From Basidiobolus meristosporus CBS 931.73 (lineage: Eukaryota > Fungi > Basidiobolomycota): DNA of 54,823 nt. How positions within the stretch are numbered: the first letter of the stretch is position 1; each line of letters starts with the position of its first letter. Made by a program: the position numbers and the translations under genes. The notes under the pieces were generated by a model. The model worked only from the letters and a program-made list of their open reading frames with translations, was not told the DNA's origin and did not search any database. The stretch spans positions 1 to 54,823 of the forward strand of contig MCFE01000596.1 in NCBI GenBank assembly GCA_002104905.1, written 5' to 3'. Below, in pieces: positions 11,946-24,399 of the stretch.

Positions 11946-11957
11946 GGTTATGAGCCC
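11946..11957 (+). promoter_or_regulatory. Primer-binding site complementary to the anticodon arm of initiator tRNA-Met (half-tRNA priming, Ty5/copia Hemivirus type)
   Basis: GGTTATGAGCCC directly abuts the LTR; the same motif is at 29805-29816 (minus), 23127-23138 and, with one change, 41087-41098 (minus). Confidence 0.85.
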
Positions 11958-11981
11958 CGATTGCCTTAATCTATTCTAAAG

Positions 11982-14900
11982 ATGACTTCTACCAGCAAAC
12001 AAAGCAATACCAACATCTTCCCTGTAAAGGAGAGGTTTGATGGGAAGAACTACAGACTTTGGAGAATCAAGATGCAGATCCACCTTGAGGAAAGAAAGCT
12101 TTGGAACATAGTAACAGGAAAGGAAGTTGAGCCCAAAGGAACAGCAGAAGATGTGGAGAAATTTCAAGAGAAGGAGAGAAAGGCCTTCAATGCAATATGC
12201 ATCAATGTGCAAGACTCCTTCATTGGACAAATCCATGCCTCAAATACTGCCAAAGCAGCATGGGAATCCTTGGAGAAGATCTTTAGAGCAAAGTCAGTAT
12301 CAAGCAAGCTTTATTTGAAACGAAAGTTCTTCAACATGAGAAAAAAGCCAGATGATGACATGCTACAACTCATTACCAGAATGGAGACACTTGCAGAAGA
12401 ACTTTACAGTATTAATGCTGGTGTAGATGATGAAGAAAAGATACTCTGTCTGCTTTGCAGCCTACCAGACGAGTATGAGCCACTCATACTTTCTTTTGAA
12501 AGCAGAGAAGACAACTTGACTTTAGACTATGTCAAAGGAAGACTTCTCCATGAAGAACTCAGACGTAATGATCAAGCAGAGAAAATTGAAGATAATGCTT
12601 TATTCAGCTCAGAAAGGCATACAGAAAAGAAGGGAAAGCAACAAAACCAAAGAAAACCTGGCTGCTGTAACTACTGTAAGAAGCCAGGACACTGGGCAAG
12701 AGAATGCAAGAAGAAACAAGCAGACAAAAAACAGAAACTAGAGCAGGCAAACCATATAACTACTGATGAACAGCTATTTGTCACTGTACAAGAGAGTGCA
12801 AGTAACCAAAGTAATGAATGGTATATTGACTCTGGAGCATCACAGCATATTTGTGGTATAAAGGATTGGTTCAGCAACTTAAAGACTATTCCCGTAAGAA
12901 AGGTTTATCTGGGAGATAACTCTGCATTGGAAGCTACCGCCAGTGGGTCTATACAACTAAATATGAGTGATAACTCAGGGGCAACAACAGCAAAACTGAC
13001 TGACGTACTCTATGTACCTGGAATAGCTAAGAACCTACTCTCAGTCAGTAAAGCAACTACTCAGGGACTGAAATTCGTTTTTACTAAGCTGAGCTGCTCA
13101 ATATTGAGTGAAAATGGACAAAAATTAGCTTTGGGAATCAGAGATCACAATATATACAAGTTACAATGCAAGATCATTGTACCTGAGTATGTCAACATTG
13201 CTGAAACTGATGAAACCAACTGGGAGACGTGGCATAGGAGGCTAGGACACATAGGGGAACAGAAAATGAGCCAATTGGTGAAAAATCAGCTTGTTTTGGG
13301 CCTAAAATACTCAATTCCGATCAAATTGAATGTTTGTAAGGGATGTTCATATGGCAAACAAGCTAGGCAACGTTTCAAGAGCTCAGGAAGGCATCAATAC
13401 CACCGAAATATTGGCTATTGTACACTCAGACATATGTGGCCCCATGAGAACACTGTCCTTTGGAGCCAAGAGATACTTTATGACGTTTATTGATGACAAG
13501 ACAAGATATACATGGGTGTACTTCCTCAAAACAAAGGATGAAGCTTTAGAGACGTTTAAGCACTTCAAGAACATGGCAGAAACACAAACTGGGTGTAAAT
13601 TGAAGGTACTACGAAGTGACAATGGAGGAGAATACTGCTCAAAGGAGTTTGCAAAATACTGCTTGTCTACTGGTATACTTCAACAGACCACAGTTCCTCA
13701 TACTCCACAGCAAAATGGAGTAGCAGAACGTGCAAACAGAACAATAGTAGAGATTGGAAGATCTATGCTACATGATAAGGGAATGGACTACAAGTTTTGG
13801 GCTGAATCTGTTGCTACCGCTGTATACATCAAGAACAGATGCCCAACAACAGCACTACGTGATTCTACACCCTTTGAAGCATATACAGGCAAAAAACCAG
13901 ATCTCCAGCACCTCAGGATCTTTGGCAGTGATGTTTTTTATCACATCCCTGACAAAAAACGCTCAAAGTTGGAACCAAAGAGTAGAAAAGGGATCTTTCT
14001 TGGGTATTGTGAAGATACTAAAGGGTATAGAGTGTATGATGGCAAAATACAGAAGCTGATCAAGAGCAGGGACGTTATATTTGAGGAAAATTCAGATCAG
14101 AAAGCCACAGAAATCATTGGCCAGCTGCCTGATGATGCAATCAACACAAATGAAGAAGATACGTACCAAATCCAGCCAGAGATGGAAGATACTTCTACCA
14201 GTTCCAGATCAGAACAGATTATCCCAGTTAGGAGATCTATCAGAATAAGAAATGCCCCTGGATCCTGGTGGCAGCCATCCAATGATCATGAAGAAGCTTA
14301 TCTTGCCTTATGTGCCAAACCTCAGAATCTGGAACAGGCAATGCAAGGTCCAGATGCTACTAAGTGGCAACAAGCCATGCAGGAGGAGTACCAATCACTG
14401 ATCAAGGCAAAAACGTGGGAACTGGTAGATTTACCAAATGGGAGAAAGCCAATAGGATGTAGATGGGTCTACAAGATCAAGATAACCTCAAATGGTGCCG
14501 TTGATAAGTACAAGGCTAGATTGGTAGCTAAAGGCTATTCCCAGATCCAGGGACTAGACTTTAAGGAAACATTTGCTCCGGTTGCCAAGTTTAACTCTAT
14601 TAGGACAGTTCTAGCCCTGGCAGCTGTACACAGTCTAGATCTACACCAAATGGACGTCAAAACAGCCTTTCTAAATGGGGATTTGCAAGAAACTATATAT
14701 ATGGAGCAACCAGAAGGTTTTACCAATCCAAAAAGCCCCCATAAGGTGTGCAAACTTAGAAAATTGTTGTATGGGCTTAAGCAGGCACCCAGAGCATGGT
14801 ATAACAAGATTGACACATATCTAGAGGAAATTGGGTTCTCTCGTAGCACTGCAGATCACAGTATATATGTGAAACAGCTCAAAAAGGGTGTGATCATCCT

Positions 14901-15900
14901 AGTTCTTTATGTGGACGACCTAATTATAGCTACAAGTGATCAAGAGGCACTTAAACAGACGAAATCAGATCTCTTCAGCAAGTTTGAGATGAAAGATCTT
15001 GGAAAATTGAGCTATTTTCTTGGAATTGAGGTCAAATTTGACATACCTACGCAGAAAATTGTGCTGAATCAGTCTAAGTACATCAGGGACATTCTTAGCC
15101 ACTTCAAAATGGAAAATTGCAAACCTGCAGCAACCCCTATGGACAATAACCTGAAATTAAGCAAATCTCAGCCAGTTATAGATGAAAACGGCTCAAATAT
15201 GGACCAAAACTTTCCCTATCAATCAATGGTCGGTAGCCTAATGTACTTGATGGTGTCTACACGTCCAGATATTGCAGTAGCAGTTGGAATAGTCAGTCAA
15301 TTCATGCAGAATTATGGATCAGATCAAATTGCAGCAGTTAAGCGGATTTTCAGATATCTACAAGGTACCATAAATATGGTACTGGAATACTCTGGAGCAG
15401 CAAATAGGCGAAAATTTGATGGTTATAGTGATTCAGATTGGGGTAGGGATTTGATTGACAGACGCTCTACCACAGGCTATGTATTTCTTTATGCTGGTGC
15501 AGCTATTACTTGGAATTGCAAGAAACAACCAACTGTGGCACTATCTACAACTGAAGCCAAATATATGGCTGCATGTCAAGCAATTAAGGAGGCTATATGG
15601 CTACGAAAATTATTCAAAGACTTAGGTTTTAATTCAGGTGAACCAACATGTATTTACAAGGATAATCAAAGTTGTATTTCATTAGCTAGAAATCCTACTA
15701 ATCATGCCAGAACTAAGCACATTGATATACAGCATCACTTTGTGAGGGAAGCAGTAGAAAATAACTTAGTAGAGCTGGTTTACTGCCCAACTGACAAAAT
15801 GGTGGCAGACATATTGACAAAACCACTAGCTAGGCCACAGTTTGAGATCCTTAGAGAGAAATTGGGATTAAGAAATTATTTAGTTGAGGGGGAGTGTTGA
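11982..15900 (+). CDS. Copia gag-pol polyprotein (~1305 aa if repaired): gag, CCHC knuckle, protease, integrase, RT, RNase H; one +1 frameshift near 13,387
   Basis: CNYCKKPGHWAREC; WYIDSGASQH; WHRRLGH...CKGC; HSDICGP/FIDD/SDNGGEY/NGVAER; KARLVAKG/DVKTAFL/LYVDD; YSDSDW...KHIDIQHH. ORFs 11982-13493 and 13330-15900 overlap at an extra G absent from copy A2. Confidence 0.93.
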
Positions 15901-18900
15901 AATATTGGACTATTTGGTATCATTCAGCAGCTAAAAATCTACTTAACAATTCTAGGCTAGTCTTAGTCACTGTAGGACTCATTTACTGCCTTAACTTCGC
16001 CACTTTCTCCAGATATATGATCTTATGATTATTCCCCTATAGTCAGGATCAAATTAGCACTATTACCAAACATTATGTACTAACCCTGAAACTGTTACAG
16101 AATGCTCCTGAATATTGAGAAACCCTCCCTACTTAGTGTTGCAGCTGTATTACTTCCATAAAGGTATAAATACTGAGCTTCTTTATGAATAAACAATAGT
16201 TCAACTATTATCACTATTTCTTGATAAGTTCCTTATATCCAAATCACTTCTTAAATTGCAACAGTGTCCAGAAGAACCTGTAAGCCTACCACCAGTCAGA
16301 GACATGGATCATGCCATTGACACAGGAGATAGCCCTCCAGTGAGCAAGACACCTTACAGAGTGAGTCAATTGGAGTTGGAGGAAATGAAGAGACAAATTG
16401 ATCAGCTATTGGAACAAGGATACATCAGACCCAGCAAGTCACCTTAGGGAGCACCAGTGCTTTTTGTGAAGAAGAAGGATGGAACACTTAGGATGTGCAT
16501 TGGCTACAGAGCCCTAAACGCAGTTACTGTGAAGAATAAGTACCCCATACCTTGGATTGATGAGCTTTTGGACCAACTCAATGTAGCCACTATTGTCAGC
16601 AAGATTGCCCTCATGTCAGGATATAGCCTGATTAGGGTGAAACCAGAAGATATCCCTAAGACAGCATTCAGGACCAGATATGGACATTACAAGTACTTAG
16701 TCATGAGTTTTGGCCTCACCAATGCCCCTGCAACATTCATGATGCTGATGCAGACTGTCTTTCAGGAGTACTTAGACAAGTTTGTGATAATCTAACTGGA
16801 TGACATATTGATATACAGCAAGACAGAAGCAGATCACATGGTGCACATTGAAAAGGTCTTGAAGAAACTAAGAGAGAACAAGCTATATGGCAAGCTAGCC
16901 AAGTGTGAATTTTTCAAGGAACATGTTGAATACCTGGGACACATAGTGACTAGCGCAGGAGTGACCTTAGACCCTAAGAAGGTTGAAGTTATCAAGAACC
17001 TGAACCAGCCCCATAGCATATCAGAACTCAGATCATTCCTTGGAATGGCTTCCTATTATTGGAGATTTGTCAAGTTGTTTGCAAGTATTGCAGCCCCTTT
17101 AACTGATATCCTCAAGAAAGACAATACCTGCAAGTGGGACATAGCTTGCGAGACTGCCTTCCAGATGCTCAAGAATGAACTTGTTAAGCTGCCAAGCTTA
17201 AGAATACCGGACTTCAGAAAAGTGTTCACTCTGTGCATAGATGCTTCAGATTATGCAATTAGTGGAGCGTTGAGACAAGAACACAAGGGAAAGGACTACC
17301 CTGTTGCCTTTGAATCCAAGAAACTGAACTCAGCAGAACAAAACTATCAGTCCATGAGAAGGAGATGCTTGCTATAATACACTGTGTGAAGACATGGAGA
17401 TGCTATATTGAAGGAGTCAAATGCACTGTGAAGACTGATCATGCCTCCCTCAAGTATACATTTACTCAGAAGGTACTCTCTAGAAGAATGACAAGATGGA
17501 GTGAATACATTCAGCAATTTGACCTGGAGATTGTCTACTGCCCTGAAAAAAACAACACGGTTGCTGATGCCTTATCAAGATTAGATCAAGTTGCACAACT
17601 CAACTTGGTGCAAGAATCAGATTGGCCTAGCCTGTTACTAAAGTACTTGGAGGACCAAGCCATTCCTAATGAGGTGGATGAGGATATCAAGAAGATAATC
17701 CAGGATGAGCCAGCAAGTTTGTAGTACAGGATGAAACACTCTACCAGATTGTTGATGGAAGCCCTATTGCCTATTGCCCTTATCTTTCTTGCCTGGATTT
17801 AATACATAAGCTACACAATGAATATGGACATCTTGGAATTGAAGGAACCTATAGCCTTGTGAAAGCCAGAGCATGGTGGCCCAGAATGAAACATGACATT
17901 GAGAAGCTAGTGAAAACATGCCCAAATTGCCAAATTAACCAAGGCCAACCACAGAGAGTTGCTGAACTCATTGCCTTGGAGCCTGTAAGACCATTTAAAA
18001 GATGGGGAATTGACTTTATAGGAAGAGTGCCAACCACCAGGAAATGCAACCATTGGATGCTAGAAGCAATCAACCATGCCACTAAATGGCCAGTTGCTAA
18101 AGCTGTACCAATAGCCAGTGAACCAGACATTGCAAGTTTCATTTACCATGAGATCATGATGAAGTTTGGATGCCCTGTGGAGATTTTATCAGATAGAGGT
18201 GCAAACTTTATGGCAAAGACATTGGAGGCTTACTTGCAATTGCTGCAGATCAGACACTTGAAAACCTTGGCATATCACCCCAGAACTAATGGAGTCACTG
18301 AGCGGTATAATGGTTTATTTGGAAAAATGCTGACCAAGTATGCAAATGGAGTTGTCAGTAGATGGGATAAGTCTCTCCCAATGCATTAAGTCTTCCCAGA
18401 TATTGCCTTGTTTGTCCACCAGTTGGTAAGTTGCAAATGGGCATTCTCTGATGATCTTAAATGGTCCTGTCCTTTGTGGCTCAAACTTCTTCCAAGTTTT
18501 GTTTCTTAGCAATACAAAGTTCCCAACTGTCAGTGCTTCTGGTGCTGTAGTCTTATCAAATCTCTGCTTCATCTTTTCTGCAATTTGAGATACTTTGGTC
18601 TGTGCCTCTTGATGTCTTTGTTTCAGTTGCTGGTGCCTACTTGGATGACTGAGTTCATCTTCTAAGGTGTCTGTAAGCCTTGGTTGTGTGAGATCTCCTG
18701 GAATCCTTGGTGCACATCAATACACTTAGTAAAATGGCAATTGCTGGGTGGAGTTGTGTACTCTGACTCTGCATGCAAATAGTGTTTGGTCTATATACTC
18801 ATCCCATCTACTAACAACTCCATTTGCATACTTGATCAGCATTTTTCTAAATAATCCATTAAGCCATTCAGTGACTCCATTAGTTCTGGGGTGATATGCC

Positions 18901-21900
18901 AAGGTTTTCAAGTGCTTGGTCTGCTGCATTTCCAGGTAAGCTTCCAATGTCTTTAGCATAAAGTTTGCGCCTCTATTAGATAGAATCTCTACAGGGCATC
19001 CAAACTTCATAAGAATCTCATGGTAGATGAGACTTGCAACTTCTTGCTCACTGGGTATAGGTACAGCTTTAGCCACTGGCCATTTAGTGGCAAGGTCAAT
19101 TACTACTAGGATTCAACGGTTGCATTTCCTGGTGGTTGGCACTCTTCCAATAAAGTCAATTCCCCATCTTTCAAATGGTCTGACAGGCTCCAAGGCAATG
19201 AGTTCAGCAACTCTCTGTGGTTGGCCTTGGTTAATTTGGCAATTTGGGCATGTTTTCACTAGCTTCTCAATGTCATGTTTCATTCTGGGCCACCATACTC
19301 TGGCTTTCACAAGGCTATAGGTTCCTTCAATTCCAAGATGTCCATATTCATTGTGTAGCTTATGTATTAAATCCAGGCAAGAAAGATAAGGGCAATAGGC
19401 AATAGGGCTTCCATCAACAATCTGGTAGAGTGTTTCATCCTGTACTACAAACTTGCTGGCTTCATCCTGGATTATCTTCTTGATATCCTCATCCACCTCA
19501 TTAGGAATGGCTTGGTCCTCCAAGTACTTTAGTAACAGGCTAAGCCAATCTGATTCATGCACCAAGTTGAGTTGTGCAACTTGATCTAATCTTGATAAGG
19601 CATCAGCAACCGTGTTGTTTTTTCCAGGGCAGTAGACAATCTCCAGGTCAAATTGCTGAATGTATTCACTCCATATTGTCATTCTTCTAGAGAGTACCTT
19701 CTGAGTAAATGTATACTTGAGGGAGGCATGATCAGTCTTCACAGTGCATTTGACTCCTTCAATATAGCATCTCCATGTCTTCAAACAGCGTATTATAGCA
19801 AGCATCTCCTTCTCATGGACTGATAGTTTTGTTCTGCTGAGTTCAGTTTCTTCAATTTAAAGGCAATAGGGTAGTCCTTTCCCTCATGTTCTTGGCTCAA
19901 CACTCCATCAATTGCATAATCTGAAGCATCTATGCACAGAGTAAACTCTTTTCTGAAGTCAGGAATTCTTAAGCTTAGCAGCTTAGCAAGTTCATTCTTG
20001 AGCATCTGGAAGCAGTTTTGCAAGCTATGTCCCACTTGTAGGTATTGTCTTTCTTGAGGATATCAGTTTAAGGAGCTGCAATACTTGCAAAGGACTTGAC
20101 AAATCTCCAATAATAGGAAACCTTTCCAAGGAATGATCTGAGTTCTGATATGCTATGGGGCTGCTTCAGATTCTTGATTACTTCCACCTTCTTAGGGTCT
20201 AAGGTTACTCCTGTGCTAGTCACTATGTGTCCCAAATATTCAATGTGTTCCTTGAGGAATTCCCACTTGGGTAGCTTGCCACAAAGCTTGTTCTCTCTTA
20301 GCTTCTTCAAGACCTTTTCAGTGTGCACCAAGCAATACTCTTCTGTCTTGCTGTATATCAATATGTCATCCAGGTAGATTATCACAAACTTGTCTAAGTA
20401 CTCCTGAAAGACAGTCTGCATCAGCATCATGAATGTTGCAGGGGCATTGGTGAGGCCAAAACTCATGACTAAGTACTTGTAATGTCCATATCTGGTCCTG
20501 AATGCTGTCTTAGGGATATCTTCTGGCTTCACCCTAATCTAGTGGTATCCTGACATAAGGTCAATCTTGCTGACAATAGTGGCTACATTGAGTTGGTCCA
20601 AAAGCTCATCAATCCAAGGTATGAGGTACTTATTCTTCACAGTAACTGCGTTTAGGGCTCTGTAGCCAATGCACATCCTAAGTGTTCCATCCTTCTTCTT
20701 CACAAAAAGTACTGGTTCTCCCCAAGGTGAGTTGCTAGGTCTGATGTATCCTTGTTCCAATAGCTGATCAATTTGTCTCTTCATCTCTTCCAACTCCAAT
20801 TGACGCACTCTGTAAGGTGTCTTACTTACTGGAGGGCTATCTCCTGTTTCAATGGCATGATCCACCTCTCTGACTGGTGGTAGGCTTACAAGCTCTTCTG
20901 GAAATACATCTGAATATTCCTTCAAGAAAGTCTGGACCTTCTGGGGTACTGGAGTAGAGGAATCCTCCTGTAATACTGCCATGAAGAACATCCGGGTGCC
21001 TTTTCTTAGTGCTCTACAGAAATGTGTCTTGCTAAGTTCACTTGTTTCACACACACTGGAATTGACCATGTTAAAATCCAGTCTGGCAGGTAATAGCTCA
21101 TAGGTATTGTTGTCCTACTGGATCTGAGTAGCATGGGTTCTCCAGTTGATTCATGGATTACAACAAAATAGCCAGGTTTTCCCAAGTACAAGGTCAAGCT
21201 TGCAGTTCCCAAATATATAGGCCTGTAGAGCTTCTTCATAGTCATTGATCTTCATCCTTACTGGCTGAGTAATATGGTTGATTATGTGAGAGTTCCCATC
21301 AGCTGTCAAGACTGAAGTTGATTTGGTGGGCTCTGAGTTGATTCCAGCTTTCAAAGCAAATTGCCCTCACATGTACTCATGCAATGCTCCTGAGTCAATC
21401 ATGATCTTGGTAGGTACTCCATTGATTACTCCAGTCAAGTATAATAGCTTTCCTAAGTTTGAGGTCATCTGGGATAGGTATTCTTCTTTCATATGAAAGG
21501 TGAGTTCTGGGTCTTCTTCAAGTTCATTGTCCATGTTACTATGATCCATGGCCTCAATATTGTTAAAGGTTCTTGATGGCTGGTGTCCATTTCTTCTCTG
21601 AGGGCAGTACTTTGCAATATGTCCCTGCTGGTGGCAATTGAAGCAAAGTCCCTTCTTCTTACATTCTTCTGAGGTAGGATTCTTCTGCATAGTGTCTATC
21701 TCCATTGGCACTGTTTCTGATTGTCTTCTTTCATAGTGATTGTGGCCTCTCTGATTAGTCATTTTGGGCTTCCTAACTCCAAACACAGCTGAGTCATAGT
21801 CAATGCAATCTTGATGGCTTCTTCAATAGTCTGAGGTCTTTGATAATTCACTTCCTTACAAGTTGTTTCTTTCAACCCATCAATAAAGTATTCAACTTCA

Positions 21901-22470
21901 TTGAGTGGGTCCATTCTTTCAATTTGCCCAAGTAAACATCCATACTCATAGATATACTCTTGGACCATTCCTTTTTGTCTGAGTATCCTCATCTTTCTTC
22001 TTAGTAGTGTCTGTTGGTGTGGGGGCTCAAAGGCATCATGAATTTCCAACACAAACTCATCCCAGGTAGAGATTGTACAGCATCCCATCATGGTGGCTGA
22101 CCTCATCTTGTTGTGGTACCACTGTAAAGGTGCGTCTGCCAGGTAAGAGGCTGCATAATGTAACTTGCTTTCTGGAGCAATTCCCTTAGCCTTGAAAGTT
22201 TCTTTAATCTGGAAGAGCCAAGTTCCCAGGTTTTCATTGACTCTGCCATAGTACCAGTTGACCTTCACACTAAAGTTGCTTTTGACAGGGTTTTGTTGGC
22301 TTTGGGCCATAATAGTCATTCCTTGTTGCTGTTTGCTGAGGATCTGGAGTAACTGTTGCTGCTGGGCCAGAATTTGTTGCATAGCATTCTTCCATTCTTG
22401 ATTGTCCAACATCTTGAGGGTGGTTTCTACCTTCTTCAGGAGGGAGGTCTCTGGTTATTGCAGCTACCAA

Positions 22471-22839
22471 TGTTACAAGTCTTGGCATAAGAGTTGTAGA
22501 GGAATAGGGAGTTTAGCTGGTATTGTATTCACTAAAACTGGAACTGATCTTTATTGAGGTTCCAGTAGCTCCTTGTATACATTTTGCCAGATCAATTGCT
22601 AACTAATTGTATATCCTAATGAAGGCTGTGGCTGATGACTTATTTGATTGCATCATCATCACCCAATAAGATCCTACCTAATGTATCTATTTCTGTTTGA
22701 TAAGGATCTGCTGATTCATTTGCTGACTAATGCTACTGATTTGATAGATAATACTGATATACAAATAACCTAAACAAATAACTAATTGATTAAACCAAAA
22801 ACTGATCTAACTTAAATATTCAAGCGGCAAATCATAACA
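22471..22839 (-). repeat. LTR-A, 5' LTR of outer Gypsy
   Basis: TGTTA...TAACA; PBS adjacent; ~25 differences from the element's own 3' LTR. Confidence 0.92.
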
Positions 22840-23201
22840 CATGCATATCTTAGTGAATACTGACCAAATTCCCGTCAAAACTTACTTGAAATATTTTTAC
22901 CAAAACAATAGGTACCTAAAACACAAAAATTCTGAGAGTTGTTCAAATAGCCCACATTCTTGTACACATGTTGCTAGGACCTTCCTAAATATACTCTATT
23001 TGCATATTATGCCAAGAGTAAATCAAGATATAAATACTACTTTTACATTCAATAGATCATTGAGTGATAGCCATGTAATCTACTTGTTCTCCCAATCACT
23101 TTGAACATCTGCTAGACATTTACAGCAGGTTATGAGCCCTAAGCGGTCATTCTAAGCAATGTGTACAACTTCTATTAATAGAGATTTTTTCTCTGCTGAA
23201 A
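22840..23201 (+). mobile_element. Remainder of the split Copia LTR-B, PBS and first gag codons, truncated by a CMC element
   Basis: LTR-B-like sequence ending ttacagca (23126), PBS GGTTATGAGCCC, then a leader homologous to Copia-B (ttttttctctgctgaaaa). Confidence 0.8.
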
Positions 23202-24278
23202 ACTCTATGAAAAATAGTTGTGAAAATCCAATCAAAAGCCCATCACAAGATTTAAATCCCAAGACTAAGAGGTATTGATGATGTTAGGAATCTGTACAGA
23301 CACCATATAGAAAAACTGTGTCCATATTTCACAAAAGTCTTAGTCAATGATTTTCATCACAAGAATATATCAATGGATTTGTCTAATTCCCTGCCAATAC
23401 ACCTACTTTCTGATCCCAGACACATATCACCTCCAATGTTGTGTGTGTTGAATAGCAATTGCCTCTTTTCACACTGCATAATTCCTGACTCAAACAATGC
23501 TTGTACTCTCCATACATATATATTGGTTTATTTCCTTTAAAACTTCAGCTGTGACTCAGTTTCAAAATAGGCTCACCCTCACACTCAACAGGCAACTTCA
23601 GTAAGAATCACTAATCAATAAGTATTTCTGCCAAAACACTCTTTTTGCATGGCATTGCAGTAACCATGTGGCTTTATGCCACTTTTGATATACTGCTTCC
23701 CATACATTCTGGTCTTCAGCTGGTACTGAAAGGCCTAGCACCTCATTTGTTAGTTCTTGCAATGAATTCTGGCAGTGTTCAAATGAGTTTTCTTGTGCAC
23801 TGCTCTTGAAATAGTGCCTGAGCCTTTTGCCATGCCTGTTATTGTGCCAAAATCTCACTACAGGCATTGAGATAGTCTTTTGAGTTCTAGATGTTGTTGC
23901 TTTCGCTGTCACTGGGATCTCTATTCTGTATGCAATGAAGTATATCATGGCTGTTGTATATAAATTGCCTTGCTCTGCAATTGCATCTACCATACTGGAT
24001 TATAGCTCAACTGGCTATGCTTCCAACTACTGTAAAAACAGCTGTTAACTTGTTTGTAGTTCTTGGTTATTATGGGGAGCAAAAGACTGCTCAAACAGCT
24101 TCAGGTTCTTCACTCTATTTTGTGGTTAAATCAGCAAGACACTGTCACAATCCCATCAGAAGATCATGTAGAGAGTCATTAATCCCGTGCTGACTCTGTT
24201 ATGACAGGCTTATTGCATGATCATGGTGATAGATCCAGATTGGATCCACCTGCAGGACCAGATTATTTCTCATGTGGT
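23202..24278 (+). mobile_element. ~1.08-kb non-autonomous CMC derivative with both degenerate termini, carrying ORF2 but no transposase
   Basis: Starts actctatgaaaaat and follows the 5' subterminal sequence of 32692; ends gatccagattggatccacc...gattatttctcatgtgg like 41,710-41,756. Confidence 0.68.
23598..23993 (-). CDS. Transposon accessory ORF2, hypothetical protein (>=131 aa)
   Basis: Open frame; protein-level similarity to 5826-6260 (TQKTISMP, YFKSSAQENS, NEVLGLSVPAEDQNVWEAVYQKWHK). No known motif recognised. Confidence 0.5.
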   Translation of the reverse strand: MVDAIAEQGNLYTTAMIYFIAYRIEIPVTAKATTSRTQKTISMPVVRFWHNNRHGKRLRHYFKSSAQENSFEHCQNSLQELTNEVLGLSVPAEDQNVWEAVYQKWHKATWLLQCHAKRVFWQKYLLISDSY

Positions 24279-24399
24279 GTCTTAAGCTCACATCAACATT
24301 GACAAAAAGGTGATATTATAGAGTTATATTGCTCACTAGCAGGCACTTTGAACTATGACATTCTGCCACCTGAATGCTTAAAGTTGGAGCAACCTTTCA

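Larger units (their letters stand above)
11577..16263 (+). mobile_element. Ty1/Copia retrotransposon Copia-A1, full length, LTR-D 11577-11945 and 15895-16263
   Basis: 369-bp LTRs with ~5 differences; TSD GTTTC/GTGTC (1 mismatch); PBS GGTTATGAGCCC; PPT TGAGGGGGAG. Excision restores Gypsy YSDMFPEEP. Confidence 0.97.
9745..18372 (+). mobile_element. Inner Ty3/Gypsy copy (5' LTR 9745-10112), 3'-truncated, interrupted by Copia-A1
   Basis: PBS TGGTAGCAG at 10114-10122. Gag/PR fragments 10171-11576; RT/RH/IN fragments 16264-18372 (DASDYAI, WGIDFIG, DRGANF, HPRTNGVTER). Multiple stops. Confidence 0.92.
9308..22839 (-). mobile_element. Outer Ty3/Gypsy retrotransposon (5' LTR 22471-22839, 3' LTR 9308-9675), TSD CATG, defective, hosting an inner Gypsy and a Copia
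   Basis: CATG on both flanks. PBS TGGTAGCTGCA at 22459-22469 (minus); purine tract AAGGGAGAA abutting the 3' LTR. Gag with CFNCHQQGHIAKYC, protease IDSG, RT YLDD, RNase H IDASDYAI, integrase WGIDFIG...NGVTE, in Gypsy order. Confidence 0.92.

Noticed and set aside
13330-13493. Overlap of the two Copia-A1 ORFs as a programmed frameshift
   Set aside because: It falls inside integrase, there is no slippery site, and paralogue A2 reads through in one frame (SSEGINTTE).
18373-18420. Chromodomain at the Gypsy integrase C-terminus
   Set aside because: The region after HWERL is deleted in both copies, so chromovirus status cannot be judged here.
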